From positions 72,403 to 136,402 of the forward strand of contig NZ_JBDWCL010000017.1 of the NCBI RefSeq assembly GCF_039977835.1: a DNA stretch of 64,000 nt, read 5' to 3'. This stretch comes from Marinobacter sp. (GTDB lineage: Bacteria > Pseudomonadota > Gammaproteobacteria > Pseudomonadales > Oleiphilaceae). Positions 38,760 through 48,557 of this stretch are shown in pieces. Positions within the stretch are counted from its first letter, which is position 1. Each line of letters starts with the position of its first letter. Position numbers and translations under genes: made by a program. A model generated the notes under the pieces. It made no database searches. It saw only the letters and a list, made by a program, of their open reading frames with translations, and was not told where the DNA came from.

Positions 38760-39491
38760 ATGACATTGGCGAAAGAACTTGGAATCTACCACCGGACCGG
38801 CACGCAGGGCCCCTCGCAACTTGTTGAAGAGCAGGCGCCGCTGGTCAAAAAAATAGCGCTGCATCTCATGGCCCGGTTGCCGGCCTCGGTCCAGTTGGAG
38901 GACCTCATGCAGGCCGGTATGATCGGCCTGCTGGAAGCGGCCCAACGCTACAGTTCCACCAAAGGTGCTACTTTCGAGACCTATGCGGGTATCCGCATCC
39001 GTGGCGCCATGGTGGATGAGATCCGCAAGGGCGATTGGGTTCCCCGCTCCGTCCACAGAAGCTCCCGCCGTATTGCCAAGGCCATCAAGGCCGTTGAGGA
39101 CCGTCTGGGCCGCGAAGCCCTCGATTGGGAAGTTGCCGAAGAGCTCGGCCAGAGCCTCGATGAATATCACTCCGCATTGAGCGATGCCAACAGTGGCCGA
39201 CTTTTTAGTCTCGATGAGCTCAATGAATCCGGAGACCTGCCGATAGAAGAAACAGAGGCCAGTGATAATCCCCTGGACGGTCTGTCGTCGGACAACTTCC
39301 GGAAGAATCTGGCCACGGCGATTGGCGACCTGCCGGAACGCGAAAAACTGGTGCTCAGCCTGTATTACCAGGAAGAGCTGAACCTGAAGGAAATTGGCGC
39401 GGTACTGGGTGTCAGCGAGAGCCGGGTAAGCCAGATTCACAGCCAGGCGGCACTTCGTTTGCGGGGTCGGCTCTCCGATTGGCGACAGTGA
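38760..39491 (+). CDS. fliA: Sigma28 FliA
   Basis: EDLMQAG, FETYAGIRIRGAMVDEIR, GVSESRVSQ. Confidence 0.98.
   Translation: MTLAKELGIYHRTGTQGPSQLVEEQAPLVKKIALHLMARLPASVQLEDLMQAGMIGLLEAAQRYSSTKGATFETYAGIRIRGAMVDEIRKGDWVPRSVHRSSRRIAKAIKAVEDRLGREALDWEVAEELGQSLDEYHSALSDANSGRLFSLDELNESGDLPIEETEASDNPLDGLSSDNFRKNLATAIGDLPEREKLVLSLYYQEELNLKEIGAVLGVSESRVSQIHSQAALRLRGRLSDWRQ
39220..39246 (+). promoter_or_regulatory. Candidate sigma28 promoter inside fliA, driving cheY-onward genes
   Basis: TCAA-N15-GCCGATAG. Confidence 0.6.
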
Positions 39492-39669
39492 GACTTTCCC
39501 GTCACAGTCGTGGTGCAGCGTTGCAAAGCATTCTTTACTGTAGCCTTTTGGTAACCGGCGCTTTACAACCGTGCCAAAGGCAACACAATAAGCGGTAAAT
39601 CTGCCGGCTTGCCGGACTGAAAGCCGGAAGCCAGAAACGAATTCCGGGCGTTTTAAACTGGAGGTCCCA

Positions 39670-40053
39670 TTGGACAAGAACATGAAAATCCTGATCGTGG
39701 ATGACTTCTCCACCATGCGACGGATCATCAAGAACCTGCTTCGCGATCTGGGCTTTACCAACACCGATGAAGCGGACGACGGCAATACTGCACTGCCAAT
39801 GCTCCGCAGCGGCAAATATGATTTCCTGGTGACAGACTGGAACATGCCGGGCATGTCCGGGCTGGACCTTCTCAAGGAAGTCAGGGCTGATGAGAACCTC
39901 AAGACTCTGCCGGTACTCATGGTAACCGCGGAAGCAAAACGGGATCAGATCGTAGCGGCAGCTCAGGCCGGGGTGAATGGCTACGTAGTCAAGCCGTTCA
40001 CCGCCGCGGTCCTGAAGGAGAAGATTGAGAAAATCTTCGAGCGAATCCAGTAA
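39670..40053 (+). CDS. cheY: CheY
   Basis: ILIVDD, VTDWNMP, VKPF; TTG start with GGAGG RBS. Confidence 0.97.
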   Translation: MDKNMKILIVDDFSTMRRIIKNLLRDLGFTNTDEADDGNTALPMLRSGKYDFLVTDWNMPGMSGLDLLKEVRADENLKTLPVLMVTAEAKRDQIVAAAQAGVNGYVVKPFTAAVLKEKIEKIFERIQ

Positions 40054-40074
40054 TCAGAGGTCGGACGGGCTTCC

Positions 40075-40863
40075 ATGAGTGAAAGTAACAAGAACCAACA
40101 GGAGCTTGACCCGGAGATTACGGAAAAGCTTCGCAGCCAGGCTGCAGAGTTGGTTGAGCAGGTAAATGCCGGAGAGTATGGCCGGGCCATGACCCTGATC
40201 AATGAGCTCAGTGAGGTCAGGGACCAGAGTCTGTATCGCGAGGTAGGCCGACTGACCCGTAGCCTCCATGAGGCAATCCGCAACTTCCAGATTGATCCGC
40301 GTAATGCCGAGCAGTCAGAGGCGCTGTCGAAAATGACTGATGCTTCGGACCGGTTGGAATACGTGGTACAGATGACCGGAAAGGCCGCCAACCGCACCAT
40401 GGACCTGGTGGAAGAAGCCATGCCCAGGGCCAGCTCGATTCGTGATGAAGCGGCGGAACTGAGGGATGAGTGGCAGCGGCTGCGCCGCCGGGAGATGGCG
40501 CCGGCAGAATTCCGCGAACTCTATGCCCGGATAGACACGTTTTTCGTCAGCCTCAATGCCGACGCCAGCGCCATGTACGAGAATCTGTCGGAAATATTGC
40601 TGGCCCAGGATTTCCAGGACCTGACCGGCCAGGTCATCCAGAAGGTCACCACACTGGTCAAAGAGGTAGAGGAACACCTGCTTAGCCTGGTGGTGATGGC
40701 CAGCCATGTGGACCAGATGACCGGCACGGTGCACGAACTGGAAGAAAAAGAGAAAGTATCGGCGGAGCAGGGTGTCGGCCCGCAGATAAAAGCCGAAGAG
40801 CGCGAAGATGTTGTATCGGGCCAGGACGATGTTGATGATCTTCTGTCCAGTCTCGGTTTCTGA
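40075..40863 (+). CDS. cheZ: Phosphatase CheZ
   Basis: AQDFQDLTGQ, QDDVDDLLSSLGF. Confidence 0.97.
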   Translation: MSESNKNQQELDPEITEKLRSQAAELVEQVNAGEYGRAMTLINELSEVRDQSLYREVGRLTRSLHEAIRNFQIDPRNAEQSEALSKMTDASDRLEYVVQMTGKAANRTMDLVEEAMPRASSIRDEAAELRDEWQRLRRREMAPAEFRELYARIDTFFVSLNADASAMYENLSEILLAQDFQDLTGQVIQKVTTLVKEVEEHLLSLVVMASHVDQMTGTVHELEEKEKVSAEQGVGPQIKAEEREDVVSGQDDVDDLLSSLGF

Positions 40864-40880
40864 GGAAAAGAGGGTAACCC

Positions 40881-43016
40881 ATGGCGTTTGATGCCGATGA
40901 AGAGATCCTGCAGGACTTCCTTGTTGAAGCAGGCGAGATACTCGAAAAGTTGTCTGAGCAGCTTGTCGACCTGGAGCAACATCCTGATGACAGCGATCTG
41001 CTCAACGCCATTTTCCGTGGGTTCCACACTGTAAAAGGCGGTGCCGGCTTTCTTCAGCTGGACCCGCTGGTTCGCTGCTGTCATTCCGCGGAGAACGTGT
41101 TCGATATCCTGCGCAACCACAAGCGCAAGGTTGACTCTGAATTGATGGACGTGGTGCTGGAAGCGCTGGACCATGTCAATGCGATGTTCGAGCAGGTTCG
41201 TCACCACGAAGAACTGACACCGGCTCCCGACGAACTGATTGCTGCCCTTGATGCCCTGGCGCAACCTGCAGGGGAAGCACCAGCGGCGAATACGGGCGCT
41301 GGCAAAGCGGAAGCAACGGCTGACGCCAGCCCCAACGACGATAACGGCGATATCACCGACGACGAATTCGAACAACTGCTGGACGCTCTCGAAGACGAGA
41401 AGAACGGAGCCCCGGGGGCATCCGGGAATGTCAGCGAACCTGCCGGCGATGACAGCAGCGGTGCCGGCGATGAAATCTCCGATGATGAATTCGAGGCTCT
41501 GTTGGATCAACTGCACGGCAAGGGGCAGTTCGCCGGTCCGCCCGATACCGCCAAGGCTGATGAACACAAGTCGGAAGCCGCTGATGACAGTGGCAACAAG
41601 AGCGGTGACGACCTGATTTCCGACGACGAATTTGAAAAGCTGCTGGACGATCTGCATGGCAAGGGGGGTAGTCCCACCGCCGATACGTCAGCCACTACTT
41701 CGGCACCGTCTGACAGTAAACCGGCGGCCAAATCGCCCGCTTCCGACAACCCTGTCAAACCGCCCCTGAAGCCTGAAAAACCGCAGGCAGACGGCAAGGC
41801 TGGTGCCGCCTCGGCCGCGCCTGCGATGCCATCCCGGGATGCGAATGCACCTGTGGCTGAAACCTCAGTGCGTGTCGACACCAAGCGGCTTGATGACATC
41901 ATGAATATGGTGGGTGAGCTGGTACTGGTGCGCAACCGGCTTCAGCGCCTGGGTGCGCAGAGTGAAGATGAGCATATGCATAAGGCCGTCTCCAACCTCG
42001 ATGTCGTTACCACAGACCTTCAGTCAGCGGTGATGGCAACGCGAATGCAGCCCATCAAGAAGGTATTTGGCCGTTTCCCCCGGGTGGTTCGTGACCTGGC
42101 GCGGAACCTCAGGAAAGAGATCAATCTTGAGATGCACGGCGAAGATACGGACCTGGACAAGAATCTCGTAGAAGCACTGTCCGATCCACTGGTGCATCTG
42201 GTGCGTAACTCGGTTGACCATGGTATTGAAGCTCCGGACATCCGGGAAAAAGCCGGCAAGCCCCGCCAGGGGACGGTGACTCTGTCTGCAGAGCAGGAAG
42301 GTGACCATATCCTTCTGTCTATCGAGGACGACGGCGCTGGTATGGACCCTGACGTCCTGCGCCGCAAAGCTGTGGAAAAGGGCATCTATGAGCAGGATGC
42401 CGCTGACCGCCTGACCAACACCGAGTGTTATAACCTCATTTTCGCTGCAGGCTTCTCCACCAAGGACCAGATTTCCGACGTGTCGGGCCGTGGCGTTGGC
42501 ATGGATGTGGTCAAGACCAAGATCGGCCAGCTCAATGGGCAGCTGAGTGTCGAGTCGGAACTGGGCAAGGGCTCGCGCATCGTTATAAAGGTTCCGCTGA
42601 CGCTGGCCATCATGCCCACACTGATGATCATGCTGGGGGACCAGTCCTTCGCCTTGCCTCTGGTCAACGTGGTAGAAATTTTCCATCTGGATCTGAGCAA
42701 AAAGAATATTGTCGACGGCCGCGAATGCATTGTTGTCCGGGACAAGGTGTTCCCGCTGTTCCATATCAAGCGGTGGCTGGTGAAAGGTGCGGCCGGTGAG
42801 CCGGAGCCCGAGAACGCCCATGTGGTGATCGTCGCCATGGGTACCCGCCGGGTTGGATTTGTGGTGGACCAGCTTGTGGGCCAGGAAGAGGTCGTTATCA
42901 AGCCTCTTGGTCGCGCCCTGCAGGGAACACCGGGCATGGCGGGTGCAACCATCACCGGTGACGGCCGTATCGCACTCATAATTGACGTTCCAAGCCTGCT
43001 TCAGAATTACGGCTGA
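40881..43016 (+). CDS. cheA: Histidine kinase CheA
   Basis: P1 FHTVKG, HLVRNSVDHG, GRGVGMDVV, C-terminal CheW domain. Confidence 0.98.
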   Translation: MAFDADEEILQDFLVEAGEILEKLSEQLVDLEQHPDDSDLLNAIFRGFHTVKGGAGFLQLDPLVRCCHSAENVFDILRNHKRKVDSELMDVVLEALDHVNAMFEQVRHHEELTPAPDELIAALDALAQPAGEAPAANTGAGKAEATADASPNDDNGDITDDEFEQLLDALEDEKNGAPGASGNVSEPAGDDSSGAGDEISDDEFEALLDQLHGKGQFAGPPDTAKADEHKSEAADDSGNKSGDDLISDDEFEKLLDDLHGKGGSPTADTSATTSAPSDSKPAAKSPASDNPVKPPLKPEKPQADGKAGAASAAPAMPSRDANAPVAETSVRVDTKRLDDIMNMVGELVLVRNRLQRLGAQSEDEHMHKAVSNLDVVTTDLQSAVMATRMQPIKKVFGRFPRVVRDLARNLRKEINLEMHGEDTDLDKNLVEALSDPLVHLVRNSVDHGIEAPDIREKAGKPRQGTVTLSAEQEGDHILLSIEDDGAGMDPDVLRRKAVEKGIYEQDAADRLTNTECYNLIFAAGFSTKDQISDVSGRGVGMDVVKTKIGQLNGQLSVESELGKGSRIVIKVPLTLAIMPTLMIMLGDQSFALPLVNVVEIFHLDLSKKNIVDGRECIVVRDKVFPLFHIKRWLVKGAAGEPEPENAHVVIVAMGTRRVGFVVDQLVGQEEVVIKPLGRALQGTPGMAGATITGDGRIALIIDVPSLLQNYG

Positions 43017-43065
43017 CCGTTTTTCAGTTGCGGATCAGCAGCAGGCCCGGGTTTAGGAGAAATGG

Positions 43066-44199
43066 ATGACGGTTTCTGTCCTGGTCGTTGATGATTCAGG
43101 TTTCTTCCGCAAGCGACTGACGGAAATCCTGACTGCGTCCGGTCAGATCAAGGTGGTGGGCGTTGCCACAAACGGCCGTGAGGGTGTGGAGCTTGCTGAA
43201 AAGCTGCGGCCTGATGTCATCACCATGGATTACGAAATGCCGGTGATGGACGGTATATCCGCTGTTCGTGAAATCATGAAACGGCATCCCGTTCCGGTGC
43301 TGATGTTTTCTTCGCTGACCTACGAAGGCGCCCGGGTCACCCTGGATGCTCTTGAAGCCGGTGCTGTGGATTTCCTCCCCAAGAATTTCGAGGAAATTGC
43401 GAGGGACTCCAGCCAGCTTCAGAAGATTCTGATCGATCGCATAATGGACGTTGCGGGCAGCCGGCCGGGAGCGAAGTCGGCTCCTTCACCGGCTGCAGCT
43501 CCGGTACCGCGTCCTGCTGCGGAACAACGCGCTACACCTGTCAGCCCACATCCGGGGCGCGACAAACCCAGGCCGGCACCGGAGCCACAACCGACGGCCC
43601 GGCACACCTCCCGCCGTGGCGCCGCCAAGCATTACAGTGTGGTCGCCATTGGAACCTCAACAGGCGGTCCGGTCGCGCTGCAGCGTGTGCTGACAGCGCT
43701 GCCAGCAGGATTTCCCGCACCGTTGGTGTTGATTCAGCATATGCCCGCCAGCTTTACCCCCGCGTTCGCAGAACGGCTGAACAAGCTCTGTCAGATTGAG
43801 GTTCGTCAGGCTGCTGATGGCGATATGCTCAAACCGGGTCTGGCCCTGTTGGCACCCGGCGGCAAACAGATGATGATCGAGAATCGGGGCGGCCAGGGAC
43901 GCATACGTATACTGCCCGGTGATGACCGACTCAACTACAAGCCCTGTGTGGATGTCACCTTCGGTTCGCTGGCAAGGAGTTTTCCCGGCAAGACTCTGGG
44001 CGTGATCCTTACCGGTATGGGGTCGGATGGCAAGGAAGGCTGCCGGATGATGAAACAGAGTGGCTCTGATATCTGGTCCCAGGATGAAAAAACCTCGGTG
44101 ATCTATGGCATGCCAATGGCGGTAGCCAGGGCCGGCCTGTCTACCGAGATTCTCGCGCTTGATGATATCGGCCCCCGTCTGGTTGAAGGGGTGAGCTGA
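43066..44199 (+). CDS. cheB: Methylesterase CheB
   Basis: REC plus GTSTGG, IQHM, GMGSDG. Confidence 0.97.
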   Translation: MTVSVLVVDDSGFFRKRLTEILTASGQIKVVGVATNGREGVELAEKLRPDVITMDYEMPVMDGISAVREIMKRHPVPVLMFSSLTYEGARVTLDALEAGAVDFLPKNFEEIARDSSQLQKILIDRIMDVAGSRPGAKSAPSPAAAPVPRPAAEQRATPVSPHPGRDKPRPAPEPQPTARHTSRRGAAKHYSVVAIGTSTGGPVALQRVLTALPAGFPAPLVLIQHMPASFTPAFAERLNKLCQIEVRQAADGDMLKPGLALLAPGGKQMMIENRGGQGRIRILPGDDRLNYKPCVDVTFGSLARSFPGKTLGVILTGMGSDGKEGCRMMKQSGSDIWSQDEKTSVIYGMPMAVARAGLSTEILALDDIGPRLVEGVS

Positions 44200-44936
44200 T
44201 GGATATTCTCAGCCTGTTGGGCGTAATTCTTGCGTTTGTGGCCATCCTTGGCGGCAACCTGCTGGAAGGTGGCGCAGTCAGTTCCCTGTTCAACGGCCCG
44301 GCAGCGTTGATTGTGATCGGCGGTACACTCGCCGCTACCATTCTCCAGACCTCCTGGCCGCTGCTGAAAAGAGCCTGTTCCCAGGCCCGGTGGGTGTTTT
44401 TTCCCCCTTATGTCAGCCTCGAAGACGGTATCGGTAAGGTCATCGACTGGAGCGTGAAAGCCCGCAAGCAAGGGCTATTGGGACTCGAAGGCCTGGCGGA
44501 GAAAGAATCCGAACGATTTGCCCGCAAGGGGCTGCAACTGCTGGTTGATGGAGCCGAGACCGAAACCATCCGCAGCATCATGGAGGTGGATCTGGAATCC
44601 CGGGAACAGCGGGACCTGGAATCTGCCCGGGTATTTGAGGCCATGGGCGGCTATTCGCCCACTATAGGCATTATCGGCGCCGTGATGGGGCTGATCCAGG
44701 TGATGACCAACCTTGAAGACCCCCAGTCGCTCGGTAGCGGTATTGCCACTGCTTTCGTTGCCACTATCTATGGTGTGGCGCTGGCCAATCTCCTGTTCTT
44801 CCCCGTTGCCAACAAATTGCGGGGCATCCTCAGGGAGCGCACCCGTTACGAAGATATGATGATCGACGGCATCATCGCCATCGCGGAAGGAGAGAATCCC
44901 AAGTCCATCGAATTGCGGCTGCGGGGCTTTCTGTGA
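44199..44936 (+). CDS. motC: Stator subunit MotC (MotA family)
   Basis: GGYSPTIGIIGAVMGLI, AFVATIYG. Confidence 0.9.
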   Translation: MDILSLLGVILAFVAILGGNLLEGGAVSSLFNGPAALIVIGGTLAATILQTSWPLLKRACSQARWVFFPPYVSLEDGIGKVIDWSVKARKQGLLGLEGLAEKESERFARKGLQLLVDGAETETIRSIMEVDLESREQRDLESARVFEAMGGYSPTIGIIGAVMGLIQVMTNLEDPQSLGSGIATAFVATIYGVALANLLFFPVANKLRGILRERTRYEDMMIDGIIAIAEGENPKSIELRLRGFL

Positions 44937-45715
44937 GACGTCGCAGGCGCCGGGACGATGACCTTCACAACAAGGAGCGGTGGCTGATTTCCTATGCCGA
45001 CTTCATCACGCTGTTGTTTGCCTTTTTCGTCGTAATGTACTCCGTGTCTTCGGTCAATGAGGGCAAGTACAAGGTGCTGTCGGAAACCCTGACCGGCGTT
45101 TTTAATGCACCACAGCGCTCCTTTCAGCCCATTGAAGTGGGTGACCAGCCACGCCGTGCCATACCCCGGGCAGCCGAAGATGTGATTGCCCCCCCGGTAA
45201 CGGAAGCACCCCAGAATCCTGCCATGAGTGAGCAGGGGCGTACAGAGGCACTTCGTGCCATGGCCGACCAGCTTGCCCTGGAGTTTGACGAGTTGATTAA
45301 CCAGGGCGTTGTGACTCTGGAAACCAGTGATGAATGGCTTGAACTTAGCCTTCGTAACAGCCTGCTGTTTGGCAGTGGCGATGCAGAACCCCATTACGAC
45401 GCGTTTGAGGTGGTGGAAAAAATCGCCGGTGTGCTCCGCAACCGCGATAACGCGATCCGGGTGGAGGGTTTTACCGATAACCTGCCGATACGCACCAATG
45501 CTTTCCCGTCAAACTGGGAGCTTTCGGCGGCCCGAGCTGCCGCCATTGTGCGCATGCTGTCGATGGAAGGGGTTGAGTCGGAGCGCCTCGCTGCGGTTGG
45601 CTACGGAGAGTATCAGCCCGTGGCTCGCAACGACACCGAAGAGGGGAGGCGACGCAATCGCCGGGTGGTATTGCTGGTTTCCCGCGATGCCAGCATCCGC
45701 GGTGCCATGCGATAA
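44933..45715 (+). CDS. motD: Stator subunit MotD (MotB family, OmpA-like domain)
   Basis: WLISYADFITLL, VEGFTD, NWELSAARA, NRRV. Confidence 0.9.
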   Translation: MRRRRRRDDDLHNKERWLISYADFITLLFAFFVVMYSVSSVNEGKYKVLSETLTGVFNAPQRSFQPIEVGDQPRRAIPRAAEDVIAPPVTEAPQNPAMSEQGRTEALRAMADQLALEFDELINQGVVTLETSDEWLELSLRNSLLFGSGDAEPHYDAFEVVEKIAGVLRNRDNAIRVEGFTDNLPIRTNAFPSNWELSAARAAAIVRMLSMEGVESERLAAVGYGEYQPVARNDTEEGRRRNRRVVLLVSRDASIRGAMR

Positions 45716-45804
45716 ACGCTTTGTTCCCATGCACTTGCCGGAAGCTGACGGAAGGTCCCTATAGGCAAGTTGGCATAATATCTGTATTAACTCCCCTACA
45801 TCTT

Positions 45805-45831
45805 TTAATGCCGGCAAACCCTTGCCGAATT
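45805..45831 (+). promoter_or_regulatory. Weaker upstream sigma28 promoter candidate
   Basis: TTAA-N15-GCCGAATT. Confidence 0.4.
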
Positions 45832-45835
45832 ATCT

Positions 45836-45862
45836 TCAAGTTGAGCGGATGACGGCCGATAA
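45836..45862 (+). promoter_or_regulatory. Sigma28 promoter of the parA-parP operon
   Basis: TCAAG-N14-GCCGATAA, consensus match. Confidence 0.88.
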
Positions 45863-45913
45863 CTCCACATAGTTTCCGGCGTTTCCGGAGCTGATTTTTC
45901 TGGAGAATGCAGC

Positions 45914-46711
45914 GTGCGAATCTGGGCAGTTGCCAATCAAAAAGGCGGTGTGGGTAAAACCACGTCTGTTGTGGCGTTGGGTGGTCTGCTGGCAGAAAGC
46001 GGAAAACGCGTACTGGTGGTGGACCTGGACCCCCATGGGTCGCTGACCAGTTGGTTCGGGTATGACCCGGACACCATCGCCCACAGTGTGTTCGACCTGT
46101 TCCAGCATCAGGGCAAGGTGCCTGAAGGCCTGCCTGCCCAGTTGATCACCGAAACCAGCTGCCCGGGGCTTTCCCTGCTGCCGGCGAGCACTGCGCTCGC
46201 GACCCTTGAGCGGCGGATGGTGGGTGTCGAGGGCATGGGGCTGATCATATCCCGCGCCCTGGCCCAGTTGTGGGACGATTTTGATTATGTCCTGCTGGAT
46301 AACACGCCGTCCCTGGGCGTACTGATGGTGAATGCGCTGGCAGCCGCGCAGCATCTGGTTATCCCGGTACAGACCGAGTTCCTCGCCATTAAAGGCCTGG
46401 AGCGCATGCTGCACACGCTCTCCATGATTATGCGTTCGCAGAAGAACCAGCTTTCTTACACCATAGTGCCAACCCTTTTCGACCGGCGTACCCAGGCTTC
46501 TGTAAAGAGCCTTAACCTGCTGCGGAAAAACCATGCCGATTCGCTCTGGCGCTTTGCCGTTCCCGTGGATACCAAATTCCGCGATGCCAGCCAGGCCGGC
46601 ATAACGCCCTCTTCGCTGGACAAAGAGACCCACGGTGTACGGGCTTATGTGCGACTGCTGAACGATTTGCAGGAAATGACGCGCTCCAAGACGGAGCGCC
46701 AGCATGCCTGA
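45914..46711 (+). CDS. ParA/ParC-family ATPase for chemoreceptor array positioning
   Basis: NQKGGVGKTT, DLDPHG, PVQTEFLA; located in the che cluster. Confidence 0.9.
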   Translation: MRIWAVANQKGGVGKTTSVVALGGLLAESGKRVLVVDLDPHGSLTSWFGYDPDTIAHSVFDLFQHQGKVPEGLPAQLITETSCPGLSLLPASTALATLERRMVGVEGMGLIISRALAQLWDDFDYVLLDNTPSLGVLMVNALAAAQHLVIPVQTEFLAIKGLERMLHTLSMIMRSQKNQLSYTIVPTLFDRRTQASVKSLNLLRKNHADSLWRFAVPVDTKFRDASQAGITPSSLDKETHGVRAYVRLLNDLQEMTRSKTERQHA

Positions 46712-47465
46712 CAAGAAATTGACACAGGTAGCTGATCCAAGCTCAGCCATCGCCAGCTACCTGGATGAATTGCTGCATACGGCAACGGGTACCGCCTGGC
46801 AGGGTGAGCCGGAACCGGAGCCGCCGAAACCGGTCGTTCGTGAGCGCGCTCGGGTGGCGCCGCGACCAGCGCCCGTTGTGGCCAGGCCGGCACCGGAAGT
46901 GAAGATTGAAACACCTGAGCCTGACATTAAAAGCCCTGAGCCGGAAGCTGAACAGGCTGCCGATATTCCGTCACCCCCGGCATGGGAGCCACCTGGCCGG
47001 CCGGAGTGGTCCGACAAGCCGTTCGAATGCCTGATTTTTACGGTCGCCGGCCTGCAACTGGCGGTGCCCCTGGTCCTGCTCGGGGCCATACATCGCATCG
47101 AGGAACCGGTGAAGCCGATTCCCGGCAGTCCGCGCTGGTATATGGGCATGCGTCCGGACCGGGACCACAACCTGCGGGTGGTGGACACGGCCGAGTGGAT
47201 CATGGCAGGCCGTGCGCCAGCGGATGCCAGGGAGAATTATCGATTCGTCATCCGGCTCGACAGCAGCGAGTGGGGATTGGCCTGCGACGACGTGGCTCAG
47301 TCCTTTACCCTGAAACCGGACGAAGTTCGCTGGCGCACGGGCCGCAGCAAGCGGCCCTGGCTGGCGGGAACGGTCATTGACCACATGTGTGCGTTGATTG
47401 ATGTTAAAACCATGGCCGACCTGCTGGTGCGGGCCGAGCGCGAACAACACCTTGACCTGAGTTAG
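46704..47465 (+). CDS. CheW-domain protein with Pro-rich N-terminus (ParP-like)
   Basis: IASYLDELL, Pro/Glu linker, FECLIFTVAGLQLAVPL, RPWLAGTVIDHMCAL. Confidence 0.85.
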   Translation: MPDKKLTQVADPSSAIASYLDELLHTATGTAWQGEPEPEPPKPVVRERARVAPRPAPVVARPAPEVKIETPEPDIKSPEPEAEQAADIPSPPAWEPPGRPEWSDKPFECLIFTVAGLQLAVPLVLLGAIHRIEEPVKPIPGSPRWYMGMRPDRDHNLRVVDTAEWIMAGRAPADARENYRFVIRLDSSEWGLACDDVAQSFTLKPDEVRWRTGRSKRPWLAGTVIDHMCALIDVKTMADLLVRAEREQHLDLS

Positions 47466-47608
47466 ACAGTTTCTGAATAACTCCGGTTACTGAATGAAAC
47501 CGTGCGGTGCTGGCACGGTTTGTGCCCTTAACTATAGTATTGGGCACTGATGATGACTTTTTGACGATCAGGTTGCCCGCAGGGGCGGCCCACAGGAGAC
47601 ACAAGGCT

Positions 47609-48097
47609 ATGGCATCCCCGAGCGGACAGAAAAATCAGGCCCAGGATGATCAGGTATTGCAGTACGTAACCTTCAGGCTGGACGACGAAACCTATGGCAT
47701 TGATGTCATGCAGATCCAGGAAGTGTTGCGGTACACCGAAATCGCGCCGGTTCCGGGTGCCCCGGATTATGTTCTGGGCATCATCAACCTGCGGGGCAAT
47801 GTGGTCACCGTTATCGATACCCGCCGCCGCTTCGGACTGGCGGATGCGGAAGTAACGGACGCAACACGTATTGTGGTGATGGAGTCGTCCAACCAGGTGA
47901 TGGGTATTCTGGTGGATTCCGTGGCCGAGGTGGTGTACCTGAAAGCCAGTGAAATCGAGACTGCACCTAACGTGGGGAACGAGGAAAGCGCCAAGTTCAT
48001 CCAGGGTGTGTGTAACAAGAACGGCGAACTGATCATACTGGTCGAGTTCGACAAGATGCTGTCAGACCACGAATGGGCTGAAGTCTCCGCTCTGTAA
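47609..48097 (+). CDS. cheW: CheW
   Basis: VTFRL..ETYGIDVMQIQEV, GIINLRGNVV; RBS GGAG. Confidence 0.96.
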   Translation: MASPSGQKNQAQDDQVLQYVTFRLDDETYGIDVMQIQEVLRYTEIAPVPGAPDYVLGIINLRGNVVTVIDTRRRFGLADAEVTDATRIVVMESSNQVMGILVDSVAEVVYLKASEIETAPNVGNEESAKFIQGVCNKNGELIILVEFDKMLSDHEWAEVSAL

Positions 48098-48164
48098 CGC
48101 CGGCTGTTGCCGGCAGGCAGACACGATGGAGGCCCCGTGGAATAATCAACCGAGGACGTCCATC

Positions 48165-48557
48165 ATGTTTGCAGATATCTCTTCCCTGGCCCCGTGGATT
48201 TTGACCACCATCTCGCTGGGCCTGCTGTTTCTCCAGGGCATGGTGTCTCGCCGTGAAAACCGCAAACTACGGGAGCAGCTAAAAGAACGCTGTGAAACTC
48301 TGGCCCGGGAGCTTCATGCGACCGCCAGTGGCAGTATGGGCGTGGGTCAGCGGGTGGTCACCTGTGAGCGCCAGCTTCATGAGCTGCGCGGCATACTCGA
48401 CGAAATGCGCCAGAATGATCCCCTAAGAATATCCTACGACGAAGCCTCAAGGCTGGTGGATCTGGGGGCGGATATCGACGATCTTATGAATACGTGCGGA
48501 ATTTCCCGTCCCGAGGCCGAGCTGGTGTCAGCACTCAGAAAACGTCAGGCGGCCTGA
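48165..48557 (+). CDS. DUF2802-family membrane-anchored protein
   Basis: N-terminal TM, YDEASRLVDLGADIDDLMNTCGISRPEAELV; usual last gene of this che cluster. Confidence 0.85.
   Translation: MFADISSLAPWILTTISLGLLFLQGMVSRRENRKLREQLKERCETLARELHATASGSMGVGQRVVTCERQLHELRGILDEMRQNDPLRISYDEASRLVDLGADIDDLMNTCGISRPEAELVSALRKRQAA

Noticed and set aside
38625-39920. 431-aa minus-strand ORF (also 40521-41657)
   Set aside because: Antisense shadows of fliA/cheY and cheZ/cheA with no recognisable domain
45771-45786. TGGCATAATATCTGTA as a sigma54 promoter
   Set aside because: The -12 GC is replaced by GT, and a consensus sigma28 promoter explains the region
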